Assembly: GCF_009914755.1 (NCBI RefSeq)
Contig: NC_060932.1
Reading direction: 5' to 3' (one strand)
Length of the DNA stretch: 64,000 nt
Source: the human T2T-CHM13v2.0 reference genome, Homo sapiens
Made by a program: the position numbers and the translations under genes. The notes beneath the pieces are model-generated. The model searched no databases. It was not told the DNA's origin and saw only the letters and a list, made by a program, of their open reading frames with translations. Below are positions 29,421 to 44,761 of the stretch, in pieces. Position 1 is the first letter of the stretch; each line of letters opens with the position of its first letter.

Positions 29421-30569
29421 CTAAAACCTAGTGAATACAAGGTCTTACAGGAAATTTTAGTTCTGACCTAAATTACATAACATGGGAAACTTGAAAATAT
29501 TAGTAAAAGAAAGAGAGAAGAAATGTTTCAGTCTGTTCATTTGCCAACTGCAGATGTGGCCAAATATTAACAAAGACAAGTATTGTAAATGAAGCTCCTT
29601 TATATCCTGACTTAATGAGCATTCAATGACACAGAGTAGAGCAACTGGATAAAATGATTCTTGGGCTGCAGAGTTTGAGGTTTACAAGAAAAGTGTGATC
29701 CCAGCTAAATAACAAATACAAAATTGCTACTGCTCTCTCTACCATTTAGTTGGCTGTACTGAAAGGAAAATTAAAAGTAGAATATAAGAATGTAATAGAC
29801 ACTAAACAAAGATCTTTAGTAACACATTTCTGATGATTACATCGCTGATATCAGATAGAGCCCCCAAGAGCCTTATTAGAGCTGACTATTGAGCAGCTGA
29901 CTCTATCACAGTATAACGAGAAAGAAAAATGCTATATGGCAAATGCTACATAGGTTTCTCTTGGGGTGGGGGTAGGGGGGCTCACCTTTATTATGGGTAG
30001 ATCCTTGAGAAGGCTGTTAAGAGAAATAAGTCTCTGTAGGTCTTCTGAGGAAGGAAGGAGACATGGAGAAATGTGTTTGCAACTAGAGTGGGGCTGAGGG
30101 AGAAGGGAGAGACAGGAAAGAGAGAACAAGGGACATGAAGAAATGCCATGTTCGGTGGAATATTATGAACGGCACAGGGTAACTCCTCTCTATGACCCTA
30201 TGAACATTCAGAAAATTTGACAAAAAGCTTGAGGTGATTGGATTTCTTGTGAAAATCAAATCTCATGAAAAACTGGCCAAATTCTGCATCAGAATTTTTG
30301 TGAGAAAGTAGAGACAGTAAGTTCTGGTGCAGGGGACTGCGTGAGAGGGCATAAGTTCCCAGAAATCCTGGGGACTTCCCCACCCCATGGAAATTAGGGG
30401 CTTTGAAAAATTTCCCCCAGGGCACAGAAATAGAGAAGACCTTAGATAAAAATCAGCCTTATAGCAAATTTAGTGGCCACAGGTTTATCATTTAATATTC
30501 TAGGGGTATTAACCCAGGACCTATTTATATAAACACTGCCTCCATTGTAAGAAAAGAAAATAAAGCTTG

Positions 30570-30740
30570 AGGCAGTACAATGTGGCACATATGAGCATAG
30601 ATCCTGGAGCCAAATGCCTGAGTCTGGTTCTGTGATCTTGAACTATGTGATCTTGGTAAGTTACCTGACACTCTGTGCATCAGTTTCTTCACTGGAAAAA
30701 TAGGGATAATGAAAGCACCTATTTGTGAACAAAGAGTTTA
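30570..30740 (+). mobile_element. MIR
   Basis: tgtgatcttggtaagttacctgacactctgtgcatcagtttcttcactggaaaaatagggataat. Confidence 0.8.
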
Positions 30741-31017
30741 ACAAAACCTGTTATTCCTCTGGGAGACTTGAACATTGGTTGACTATGCAAGTTCTGTCCT
30801 GGTAGCCTGGAAAAAGTAGAAGTGTTAACTATATCACCAGCATCATTGTTTATGATAAGAATGAACCCTAATCAGTAAATTGCATCTGAACTTGGGGAAT
30901 TAGAAGTGAACTGTAAGTATGTGATGGGGATGCCCTGCTTTGGGCTGCCATGAGTATGGTGACCCTGGTAACTGGGCCTGTGCTTTGCAGGATCCTTGTA
31001 GCTGTACCTATACAAGT

Positions 31018-31023
<6 letters not shown>

Positions 31024-31064
<41 letters not shown>
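31024..31064. repeat. (TA)n microsatellite
   Basis: About 20 perfect TA units. Confidence 0.97.
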
Positions 31065-31067
<3 letters not shown>

Positions 31068-31134
31068 TCATTTCATACTTTTTAAAAATTTGAAACATAG
31101 AAATAGGAAAAGGAAAAAATTTCTATAGGAGAGA

Positions 31135-31827
31135 TTAACGTATAATCGAACAATCATACTCCCTTGTATTTACCCAAATGAGTTGAAAACGTATGTCCAC
31201 ACAAAAACCTGGACACAGATGTTTATAGCAGCTTTATTCATAGTTGCCAACACTTGGCAGCAGCCAAGATGTCCTTCAATAGGTGAGTGGATAAATAAAC
31301 CATGATACATCCAGACAATAAAATATTATTCAGCACTAAAAAGAAGTGAGCTATCACATCATGAAAAGACATGCAGTGATATTAAATGCATATTACTAAG
31401 TGAAAGAAGCCATTCTGAAAAGGCTGTATGATTCTAACTAGATGACATTTTGGAAAATGTAAAACTGTAGAGACAGTAAAAAGATTGGTGGTTGCTGGGG
31501 GAGGGGGATCAGAAGGATGAATAGGTGTGGCACAAGGAATTTTTAGGGCAGTGACACTACTCTGTATACTAGAATACTGGTTACATATCACTGTACATTT
31601 GTGAAAAATCCGTAGAATGTACAACACACAGAATCCTATTGTAAACCATGAACTTTTAGTTAATAATAATCTATTAACATTGTTTCATCAAGTAAAACAA
31701 TATATCACACTAATGGAAGACGTTAACATAATAACAGGGGAATCTGTGTGCCCATATAGGGCTGAGGGGGTATATGGGAAATTTCTGTACTTTCCACTCA
31801 CTTTTTCTGAAACCTGAAACTGCTCTA
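31135..31827 (+). mobile_element. L1MC-type 3' end
   Basis: atttacccaaatgagttgaaaacgtatgtccacacaaaaacctg...aacctgaaactgctct. Confidence 0.85.
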
Positions 31828-32621
31828 GTCTGGTGGAGAATGAGGCTTCTAGGCCAGAGTAAATCCTGCACTTACCCCCTGTGGATCTTTTTTCCCTGAA
31901 CCTGAGCTGTTGGACGACTTCAAAACTGCCAACTGCCATTGAAGGGAACAGTCTGAAGCTGCCCTGGGGTGAGCTGTGTTTCCGGTCTTACATCCTTCTC
32001 AACAGGCTGGTGGCCTGTGGTCACTTTGTAAGTCTGAACATCTGGTAGAGTCTAAGAAAACCACCTGTTGGGTGATGCACTATCTCAAAAGTGTTGTGAC
32101 AATTAAATGAGGAGTTAACACAGGCAAAACACTCCGAACAGGGCTTGGGACATATAAGTGCTGTGTAATTACAGTTGTTGTAGGTGTGAGTGGTTGTGGT
32201 TTAACATTTTAATAATAAAATCTCAAAAAAGTATGAGTGATATGCCATCTGCAATATCATATATTTATCTCCACAGATATAGATATCATATATTCATTAT
32301 ATAATACCTTGCAAATAATTTTCTGCTCCTCAGGCAGCCCCCAAAATTCCATTATCTGGACATGTTTAAGTGATTACACCATGGAACCCAAATTAGGACT
32401 GCAAGTTTCCAAAGTCCAGCCTGCCCTCAGCATAGCTGAGCTCCCCTCAAAATGAACTAACTGACCCCAGAGCTTTTGAGTGACTATGTGTCTGAAATCT
32501 ATGCTTTCCTTGTTATTGTATCCCAAGTTCCTAGCATGAAGCCTTGCACATATTCATTTATTCACAGACTAATGTTTATCAAGGGCCTACAATGTACCAA
32601 GTGCTGGGCTAGTATTAATAG

Positions 32622-33123
<502 letters not shown>

Positions 33124-33129
33124 TGAAAC

Positions 33130-33518
33130 ACCAAGGCACAGGTTAAACACATCTGTCTTCACATACTGAAGGGGCCAGATGATGTCATGGAAGTTTATGG
33201 GAGTTAACTCTGTGGGGCAAACTGATGAATGAAGACGGCACATAAATCGCTTCTCCATCCCTCCCAACAATGGACTGTTCTGTGGTACGGTGCTCAGGGA
33301 GCGCATCTGGAGATGGCTCCTTTATAAAGAGGCTACTTACACACTTTGTAAAGTGTCTCTTTACAAAGGAGCAACCCATCTTGTGTTTCCCTCCGTTCCT
33401 TCCAACCTTACTTCCTTTCTCCCTCACTTTTGCTGCCCTGGGATTGAAACTCCCCCACAAAACATTAGCAATTAAAGTTTTGCCACAGGCTCTGATTTCT
33501 GGGCCACCTGGGCTAAGC
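33130..33518 (+). mobile_element. LTR16-like ERVL LTR
   Basis: gagttaactctgtggggcaaact...ctccctcacttttgctgccctgggattg...caggctctgatttctggg...gggctaag. Confidence 0.6.
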
Positions 33519-33744
33519 CTTGCTCATAGATCCATGCCCTTAGTAATCCTAGTTACCCTTCTGTTTATTGTACCCTGGGTCCACTCCTTGCCCTCTCATT
33601 CATCACACATTCCAATTCCACTTGGCTCAGTATCACAACTTTCCTGAGTATGTCTCAGTGTTGATTCCACATACTCACACCCACCTTGGTTTATCCCAGT
33701 CTCCTTTGCTTTTGCTTTTCCAGCCTCCATTCCTCCTTCTTACA

Positions 33745-34160
33745 GCTAGTGATAGTTTTCTGTTTCCTTGGGGAATTTGCTACTCTCTTCCCCTTGGTCC
33801 CTATGGTTCAGGTGGGACTGAGCCTCCTCCCACATCACCCAGGTCCTGGCCAATCCGTGTATTCCAAAGACCCAATCATAGTGATTGGTTTGGACACAGG
33901 GACATGACTAAATCAGTCCAAACAGAGCTTGTCTTGAGATCTTTGCCAGAACTACTGAGGTTTAAAAGCTCTTTCCCTTATTAGAAAGACAAAGGAAGAG
34001 AGCTTGGATATGGAGAGAACCTGAGAACAGAGTCAGACCCAAGGTGGGGCAAGGGGTTGGCCTTTGATGGGGAGATTTCAGCCACTGAATTAATTCATGC
34101 CTGAAGTTTCCTATCTTCAATTTGGCTTTCTCTATCTACAACAGAAGGTGAATGAACTAA
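33745..34160 (+). mobile_element. Old MLT1 (K/L-like) LTR
   Basis: cctggccaatc...agtgattggttt...gggacatgactaaatcagtccaaacaga. Confidence 0.55.
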
Positions 34161-35509
34161 CTGGTTCTCTCTCTATATAAATCCTGGGCATTAATATAAA
34201 AACCTGGAGTACCCAATGTAATACAGTGGAAGTGCTCACTATCACCTTGTGATCTGCATATCTTTCCACTGCAGGGTTATGGGATGGGCTTCAGTGAGTC
34301 ATTTCACAGAGTCAAGGCTTGGGACATGGGCCCTGAGGGCACACACTCCACCTGGTGCTCAAGTGGCTGTTCCTTCCACAGCGCCGCCTGGCCTGTCTCG
34401 GCTTGTATCTTCCCTTTCCCCCCTGACATGTGTTTCTGTCTGAGTGCCTTGCCAGCAGTCTGATGCAACTTCTCAAATTCTTCATACTGCAGGGAGATTT
34501 TACGGCCATTTAGGCATACAGTTCTTCAGCAGCGCAGAGCAGGTGGAATTTCTGGCACCCTACCAGATGGGAGATTCAAGAGCAGGTCTTTTGCTGTGGG
34601 AGGTGGTGGCAGCTCTCAGAGAAACTTTCCAGCTGGACCACCCCATGCCTTACACGGTTGGATTCTGCTTAACATTTCTACTTGACTCATGTTCCTGTCT
34701 TTCCTAATTCTCCTCATAATGCAGTTTTACATCTGTTTCTGGGCTCTCCACATTCTCAAACTGCCCTGGGTAATGTTTCTTCACCCATCCTTGACCCTTC
34801 AGACTCTCCTCCTTCCTTTAAGTTGCCCCTTTAGGAAGGCAGGTCTTATCAGTTCTATGCCAACCTGATGAATAGGACCTGGCCACTGGCAAAGTTTAAT
34901 TACTGTTTCTTCTGGCTCAAGATCACGGTGTCCCAGTGTGTCCCAGGCTAGAACCAAAGACAACTTAAAAACTCATCCTCTACCCTGCCAGTTGTCCAGC
35001 AGACCTCTAGAATTTATGTCTATCCTGCTGTGTTTTCAGAGAAGTGTCCTCATGCAGTGATCAGATGTGTATTGAGCAAAGTCTAAAGCACATTTGGGGC
35101 TATCCTGCTTGCAGATGAGTGAGTGGCTGATGGTGAAGTCTTAAAGCAAGACTGAAAAATATTTCCACTCATGCAATGCAGCAATTTCCTCTGACACGTT
35201 AGCCACTTTAGTCCTGCACAATTTCTGGAGTTTGCTTGGTAACCTGCACAGCAGCCATACCCTGTCTACTGAACAGACATACTCTGGGCAACCAGTTGAG
35301 TTTCAGGCAATATTGATGGTGGAATTCGGGTGTAATATGCATGGACCAAACAATAATCATAAACATCTTTCATATGCAATGCTCTGGCTAGTGGCTAGTG
35401 GTTTAAACAAGAAAACATTAAATGAAAACATTATTATAAATTGTGAAATATGCTTTGAATATTTGAACTTTGAATAAGCAAGAGTCAGAGACAGAATAAT
35501 TGGGGAAGG

Positions 35510-36560
35510 TGTCTATTCAGGGAAGGCCTTTCTGAAGAGGTGACATGAGATACAGCAAAAAGTGAGAACAAAAGAAATGAGAAAGTAGAACAAAAAGAAT
35601 GAGATAGAATGCAAACAGTTGAAGGAAGGGTGTTACAGCTAGAAAAAAACAGCCTGTACAAACTCCCTAAGGTAGGTATTTTACAGGAGTGGAAAGAAAA
35701 TCAGTGGAGCTGAAGTATAATGAGCCAGGTGGAGAAATGATACAAGATAAGAATTGAGGCATGGGCTAGGCATGGTAGCTCACGCCTGTAATCCCAGCAC
35801 TTTGAGAGGCCGAGGCAGGCAGATCACTTGAGCTCAGGAGTTCAAGACCACCCTGGGCAACATGGTGAGACTCTATCTCTACCCGAAGTACAAAAGATTA
35901 GTTAAAATAAAACAAAACAAACAAACAAAAAAAACCTTTCTTAAAAAAAAAAAAATTGAGGTATGATCAGCGGCAGAATGTAGGGCCCTAGGGAGCTCAT
36001 ATATAAATCCATGTGAGAAATGAAGGCATTGATGTGAGAGAATAAAGTAGAATAATTGAAATTCCAAGGTCACCCTTACTGCAAAATGTATGGAGAATGG
36101 GTTGTAGATGGCAGAAGAGGAAGCAGGGGAGCCAGTCAGGAGGCTGCCCCTGGGTGTGGCGGCTGCGGGGAGGAATGAAGGATTTCTCCATCCTCTTGGA
36201 GGTTGATCAGTAGGACTTCCTGTTGGGTTCAACAAGATTGGTAAGAAAAAGAAGAATCAGCATGACTCTTAGGTTTCTGGTTTAAGAGACTGATTCATGG
36301 TGGCGTCACTTAGTAATCCGGGAAAATCTGAGAGGTGAGTATATTTGTAGGGGTGAGTGAGAATCCATTTCATTTTGGAGCTGAGTTTTAGATGTTTGTG
36401 AGACAGCCAAATGGAGCCATCCAATGGGAAGTTGGAATACGCACCTGAAACTTGGGCAGATGTGTAGAGGTAGGGATTTGGGAATCATCAACATACAGAT
36501 GGCCTTTAGAGCCACAGGCATGAAAAAGGTCTCTAGGAGGATGTGGTAAAAAAACAGGAG
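35510..36560 (-). mobile_element. L2 fragment interrupted by an Alu monomer
   Basis: cagggaaggcctttctgaagaggtgacatga; aggtttctggtttaagagactg; gatttgggaatcatcaacatacagatgg. Confidence 0.8.
35764..35953 (+). mobile_element. Alu left monomer plus A-tail (FLAM-like or right-arm-deleted Alu)
   Basis: Left arm only; TSD aattgaggcatg/aattgaggtatg at 35752-35763 and 35954-35965. Confidence 0.9.
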
Positions 36561-37999
36561 GGCAGAAGGCCCTTCACCCCAGTTCCTCCCCTCAAGTCTT
36601 CTACACATGTCCTAGTCCTTCATTCTTTAGGCTTCATGTGCAGAGGATACAGTCCACTTCTGCCCTCTCACATGGAGTCTGATGGCCCCTCAGCAAGTTG
36701 GCCAACTGTGGTCACCCTCTCAGAAAGCCCAACCCCCATGCCTTTATCTTCTATACCTTTCAGATAAGATTCCTGCCCCCTCCCCACCCACTCTCTAGGT
36801 CACCAAATGATCTTCATGGCAAGAGAAAAGGAAGGAAGGAAGAAACCCTAAACAACACTGCCATCATCACCCAGCCAAGCAGCTAAACCAATAAGCAAAA
36901 CTACAGCATGAGCTTTCAGAGAGATTACCCTGCTGGCCAAGTCTTGGAAGATAATTTGCTGTCCTGCGATTTGCCTTTGGGGTGAATCATGCTTCCAGAC
37001 TGCTCTCTTTTGACTTAGCAGTTAGTTTGTCAGCGTATAGCCTGGATCACACGGAAGGCTGGAATAAGAGAATTTTACCAGGACCACTCTTTGATGAGCA
37101 TATGCTCCATTGACAATGGATCCTAAAGGGAAAATGAGTCCCGAAGCCAATATGCACCTGTAAAGACACCACATGTTTTTCAGTGTGGTGTGTGAGTTTC
37201 AGAGACCCCATTGTGTAATTCTCCACTCCTTTTATGTTAAAGGGTGAGGATCTTCTCTTATCTCTGTATGAATATTCCCTATTCCTGGCAGATTCCCCCT
37301 CTTACCTGCTGCCTCCCACAGCTCCCAGACTATGCCAGGAGCTAATTCCTGTACCAGAAAGAAGCAAACAGGAAGTGCCCTCTTTACGGCTGTAGATAAC
37401 CCGCAGCATTGAGGTTTCCTTTCGGTGTTTTGCACCTCTGCTTCAGTTCATTTTGCCCTGCCCCTTTCCTTCCGGTGCAGCATCAGGCCACTTTTCTGGC
37501 CTTTCTCTGCAGTTCTTAAGGCCACATGTTTCTCATCTTCCCACTATTTTCCTTGACCAATCATTTTATGTGCTGCTCATACAAGTGATGTGATTCGCAA
37601 CTTTGCCCTGAAGCTCAATTTGTTCATGCATCTGGGCTCCCGGCTCCTCATCAGGTTTGCAAACCTGCTGTGCAACCCAGACCCATAACTTCCGCATGTG
37701 CTTTGTTCCCCCAGCTCCAGCTTGTGGCCTATCTTTGTACTAAGCCACCACCCCCACAGTTCCTCTGCTGACATATAGTGTGCACATGAAAAACTGCTTT
37801 TTGTTTCATGACTGCTTTAAATACCTGGATCCTGTGATCCTGTGCTTGTGTCTCTGTGCCTCCTTACTTATGTATTTTATGACATTTTGACTCACCCAAA
37901 ACTACTCCATCTCTGCTCCCCACTGAAAGGGTCTGCCTTCTGCAGCTCTTCCCTAGGGGTCAGCATTTATGTGTATCACTACTCCTAAGCAGGGTTACC

Positions 38000-38298
<299 letters not shown>

Positions 38299-38732
38299 AC
38301 AGGGTTACTATTGATTAGTAAAAGTGTTTCTTTTTCCTGACCTAGAAATGTCTATTTCATGTTAATTCATCATTCAGAGCTGCTTGGGAGACCTGCGTTC
38401 AGCCAGAAAAGAATAAAGCAAGGGTGGGGAATGATAAACTGATGGTGGTCCAGCCTTTACTGACATTTAATATTAAATCTATTTCATAGGTGTGATTAGT
38501 GAAACTCTTTAAGGAAAGGATGTGTGGTTGTCACTAGTGCTGTAAACTAAATTATTCTGGGTCTCCTGGATGCATATGGTTCAATTATACTTCTTTTCTC
38601 TGAAAAAGTTAGGAAGGGCTGTGTGAGTTGTTCGGGACAAAGAAATTTTAGCAGAAGTGATATGTGTTACCTTGGAGTGGAGACTTTAAGAACCATTGTA
38701 GACTTTGGCATACTTTCCTTTCTCTGCCAAGG

Positions 38733-39031
38733 CCGGCATCCTCTGACAGAAATACAGTGTAAGACATATATGTCATCTTAAGTGTTTTAGTAGTCTCATT
38801 AAAAAGGTTGAGAGAAAAAAGTAAAATTAATTTTAATAATATATCCAAAATATCATTTCAACAGGGAATTGATATTAAAAACTATTTGTGAGATATTTTA
38901 TAGTCTTTTATATTCATATTAAGTCTTTGAAATCTAGTGTGTATTTTACAATTACCTCTCAGTTCAGAATAGCCACTTTTCAAGGATTCAACAGCCAGAG
39001 ATGCCTAGTGAATGACAGCTGGACAGCACAG
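38733..39031. mobile_element. MER33-like hAT DNA transposon
   Basis: atatatccaaaatatcatttcaaca...aagtctttgaaatctagtgtgtattttaca...tagccacttttcaagg...ggacagcacag. Confidence 0.75.
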
Positions 39032-39119
39032 GCCCCAGTCAGCATGGAAGCACAGATAGAGCTTCTTTCTCTTCACCTGGCTCCCTAAGGAGAGTGGCAT
39101 AGGCACAGCTGATCTGCAG

Positions 39120-39780
39120 CGGATGCATAGGTGGAAGTGAGAAGTAAGACTCTGTTGTTTTCAGACACTCAGACTTTAGGGTTCTCTGTTGCTGCAACAT
39201 AAGGTAACTAATAGAGACGTTGATATAAGGTATTATATACTGATGTAACAATATGCTGAAATATGCGGTGCTATTAGCTACAGGAGCAAGCAATGAGTAG
39301 CAAGGAAATTCTTACCAACTAAAAGGATAGCAATTCACTTTAAGTAGTGGTAAGACATTGGGTAAATCACTTTTGAAAACTTAGAAGGTAGTAGGTAATG
39401 CACTTGCAGTTCTAGGGAAAGAGGTTGGATGACAACATTTAGAAGCATGTGTTAGTTGCCATTGGCTGCATTTATGGAGGAATTACAAGAAAAGAAATCA
39501 GCTGAAAAGAGAATTGTTTGATTTGTAAGTAAGAATAAAAGGGAATAATAGAGATTGTCCCCAAATTGTGCAATTCATGTGGCAGAGACTTATTGCTTAT
39601 TATTAACCACATATGGCAAAAAATAAAATTAGGAAATTCACTTGAAGTCAAAGGCAGATTCAAACACAAATTATCAAATTTGTGTTTACTTACTACAGAT
39701 TATCAAATCAAGGCCTGACCATGGAAACCTCTGAATGGATTAAATAACTCTTTAAATTGGATAAAAGAGCTTAAGGAAAA
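39120..39780 (+). mobile_element. MLT1 LTR 3' end followed by MLT-internal-like sequence
   Basis: tctgttgttttcagacactcagactttaggg...taactaataga followed by MaLR-internal-like sequence. Confidence 0.45.
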
Positions 39781-40101
39781 GATACTAAAACCCTCTTTCT
39801 TAGACCCAAGGAATTCATAATTTTATGTTTGTATTGTATCCTTACCTACATAGCCTACTAAACTTTAAATTTTACTATCCAAAAAACCATGAGCCAGGAC
39901 TTTAAAAATCTATGACTTTCCTCTCCCAGACATTTATGCCTCTATCAACAAATGTTTAGGAAGGGTGATGGAAATCATCCCTTCAACCTGCAACACCACC
40001 AGCCTTGCCACCACAATCAGCCTTGAATATTCCGAAGCTAATTTAAAGGGTTCCTTTAATGTGCTTGTGTTGGTCATCACAGGGAGGTCCAGAAACCCAA
40101 G

Positions 40102-40385
40102 TACTATGGTTCGACTGTTTGTATTCCCCTCAAATTAATATGTTGAAATTCTAACCCTCAAGATGATGATACTAGGAGGTAGGACTTTTGGGAGGTGATT
40201 AGATCATTGAAACAGAGCCCTCATGAATGAGATTATTTCCCTTCTGAAAAAGATCTAGAGAGACCCCTTGTCTCTTCTTCCTGTGAGGTTAGAGTGAGAA
40301 GACAGCTGTCTATGAGGAAGCAGCCCTCACCAGACATAATCTGCTGGCACCTTGATTGTGGGCCTCCTAGCATCCAGCACTGTGC
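40102..40385 (+). mobile_element. MLT1A-like LTR fragment
   Basis: tatggtt...tgttgaaattctaaccc...gggaggtgattagatcat...aatctgctggcaccttgat. Confidence 0.8.
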
Positions 40386-40419
40386 AATCAACTCCTCTGT
40401 GTATCAACCAGGCTGATCT

Positions 40420-40840
40420 TCACAGATGTAAATCAGGCTGTGCTGCTCTCCACTGAAATTTAGCAAGGGCTCCCCATTCCATGTATGATAGAAATTAAGT
40501 CTCTTTAACCCACTAGACAGGGCTCTTCATGCTGTGGCTCCTGTTTTCTTCTGCAGCCTCATTTCTTGCTGCTCACATCCTTATGTCTTATGCTTCAGGA
40601 ACACCAAAGTATTTTAAGTTTCTTGCTCGATGCATGATACTTCTCTTTATTCAAACTTTCCTGGAATACCCTTCTTCCTCTTTTTTGCCTAGCTAATTCC
40701 TACTAATTGTTTAAAAACTTAATTCAAGTCTCATCTCAAAGAAGTCTGTGCAGGCTGTCAGAATTATTAGATGTTCTTGTTTGACCCACCCTAAGACCTT
40801 ACACATCTACCGTTAAGGTTATCACTTTGCATTAAAATTA
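40420..40840 (+). mobile_element. L2 fragment
   Basis: cctggaatacccttcttcctc...gcctagctaattcctacta. Confidence 0.55.
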
Positions 40841-41159
<319 letters not shown>

Positions 41160-42984
41160 CTATTATATATAAAATATATATATAATATATATATAATTTA
41201 CATTTACGTATAAACGTTTCTTGAAGAAATGTTTCTGGAAGACAGAGCCAGTGATCACAGATAAGAATGGATGAGGAAACTCTTCCCAGAGAGTAAGGTT
41301 AGTAGAGGCTTCATAAATGTTTCCTGAGTAAGTGGCAAGTGAGAAGTTTGTTGTTTAAGTAGTAGAATCTGACTGTAATTTACATTCCCAGCATGGCGAG
41401 TGTATTTCTGTACCAATAATGGATCATAATTTCTAGAAGCTCTCATTTTTTACCTGATAGGCACCAAAACTCTGATGGTATAAGCTAGTCAGCTTTTCCT
41501 TGCCAGCTTATCAGAGAAGGATCTCAAATGCCTGATCTTTTACCACAGCTTGCTGACATACCCTGCCTGAAGACAGAGAGGTAAGAAGCCACAAGAGTTT
41601 TCGTGGTGGAGGGAGTTAGTTATGCGGTAATTGCAATAATGGCTTATCTGACTGTGCAACCATGGCCAAGGGCTTAACAGCCTTTGACATAGCTATAACG
41701 TTGAGAGTGTATTTTTGGACCGTGATGTGAAAAGCAGACATTTGTGAAGTTTTTATCAAATGCCAAGGTTATTGGGAATTTAGGAAACTGTCTGCCCAGG
41801 AAACCATATCATACCTTCTTCTCCCCTTGAAACTTGCATTGTCTCTTCCTTGTGACTACTCTGGGGCCCTATTATTCCTTTACTTGACACTTTGGCCATA
41901 ATGGATTGGTTTATGAGTAGAAACATGGACCCAGTTGGACCAATCATAAAACTCGACAGCTCCAAATCATACCTGACTGGTACAAAGATTATCATCTGAC
42001 CCAAGATTGACTAATAAAATCCAGGATTGTTGTGCTTGGTAAAAGAAAGTTTGGAAGTCATAAGATGTGAGACTTGGGAGACTTATTTGAAAAATTCAGG
42101 TATCTGTGAGAAAGAATGCAACCAACTTGCAAAAAGAAAAGAAATGAATTGTACATAGATGGTGAGGAACAGTAGCCTCACAATAAACATAATTTAAATG
42201 GATACCTCAGCTAAATGGCAGATTTATTTTATGTCATGGACCTACAGGATGATTCTAATATAAATGTAGCCGTAAATCTTAGATTATGAAATATGACCCA
42301 TTATATTTACAGACAGAAGGACAGAATAAGAGAAGGAAAGTGGCACCAAGATAATAAATACCCCAGTGAAAGAGGCTAGATTTGAGCTTCAAACTATATC
42401 GGCAGAGCTCTGATTCCAAATCTCCTGCTCTGTTAAAGAGAAGAGAACCATAGATTCACCTCTATGGTGGAGTAAAGATGGTCACAAAATCTTTGACACT
42501 TTTCCCATTGTGAGATGGACTCTATGTCTCCTCCACTTGAACTTGGGTGGGCTCTGTGACTGGTCTGATGGATAGAATATGGTGGAAATGACACTGGGCG
42601 TGTCTGGCCTTGAGAAACTGACAGCTTCTGCTTCCTATTACCTAGAACACTGACTCTTGAAAGGCAGCTTCTATGTGAGAAGTATGACTACCCTAAGAGT
42701 ACCATGTTGTGAGAAGCCAAGGCTATGTGAAGAGTCGGTGGAGGATGAGACACCATGTGGAGCAAGAGAGAGACCAAAGAGGATGGAGATGCTGGACAGA
42801 TGAGTGAGACATAGGAGCCCTCTTAGAAGTGGATACCCGGCCCCAGTGACTCGGGCTGACAACACATGAATCAGAAACAAGCTGCCCAGCTACAGTCATC
42901 ATGAATTCCCAACCCAAAATTTTAAGTAAATAATATAGTTGTTTGGGGAAACTAAATGATGGATAGGGTATTATGCAGCAATAG

Positions 42985-43569
<585 letters not shown>

Positions 43570-43744
43570 TAGATTTCCACATAGAATGTTAAAAGTGTCA
43601 CCTTGTTCTTTTATCCATACACGATAAAGTAAGGATGGGGGAAATCAGAAATAATTATTCAAAATTTTTAGCAGAATTTAGAGAAAATATATAGCAGTCA
43701 GGACTTGTTGGCTTCAAATAGGACTATTTCTCATATGTTTTCCT

Positions 43745-43861
43745 GATGGTGTCTCACTGTGTTGCTGAGGCTAGCCTCAAACTCCTGGCCAATCCCAGCG
43801 CTTGACATCCCAAAGTGCTAGGATTACATGGGATTACAGGTGTGAACCACCGCACCCAGCC
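43745..43861 (-). mobile_element. Alu left-arm/FLAM fragment
   Basis: caaactcctggcc...cccaaagtgctaggattaca...gaaccaccgcacccagcc. Confidence 0.85.
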
Positions 43862-43947
43862 TAAGAAAACATTTTTAAAGCCAGAAGTAGCCTCCAGGTA
43901 GAGATCAAAACCAGGGCAATAAGACAAAGACTCAGGCTAAAAGTTAA

Positions 43948-44365
<418 letters not shown>

Positions 44366-44398
44366 TAAGAGTGTGCCTTATGGGCCTATCTGTTAAAC

Positions 44399-44761
44399 TA
44401 GCAGTTCCCAGCCTCTTTGGCACCAGCGCTCAGTTTCATGGAAGACAATATTTTCACGGACGAGGTTGGGGCTGGGAGGGGGTTAGGGGTGGGGGGATGT
44501 TTTCTGGATGAAACTGTTTCACTTCAGATCATCAAGCATTAGTTAGAGTCTCATAAGGAGCATGTAACCTAGATTCCTCGCATGCTCAGTTCACAATAGT
44601 GTTTGTGTTTCTATGAGATTCTAATGCCACCGCTAAACTGACAAGAGGTGAAGCTCAGGTGGTAACGCGCGCTCACCCGCTGCTCACCTCCTGCTGTGCC
44701 GCCTGGTTCCTAACAGGCCATGACTGGTACCGGTCTGTGACCTTGGGGTTGGGGACCCCTG
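44399..44761. mobile_element. MER1B (hAT-Charlie DNA transposon)
   Basis: ttggcaccag...ggaagacaat...gatgaaactgtttcacttcagatcatca...ggggttggggacccctg; degenerate 8-bp TSD tgttaaac/tattacac. Confidence 0.9.

Noticed and set aside
30750-30845. Faint resemblance to an antisense tRNA-derived sequence (gggagacttgaac...gttaactatatcacc)
   Set aside because: Could not build a cloverleaf or convincing A/B boxes
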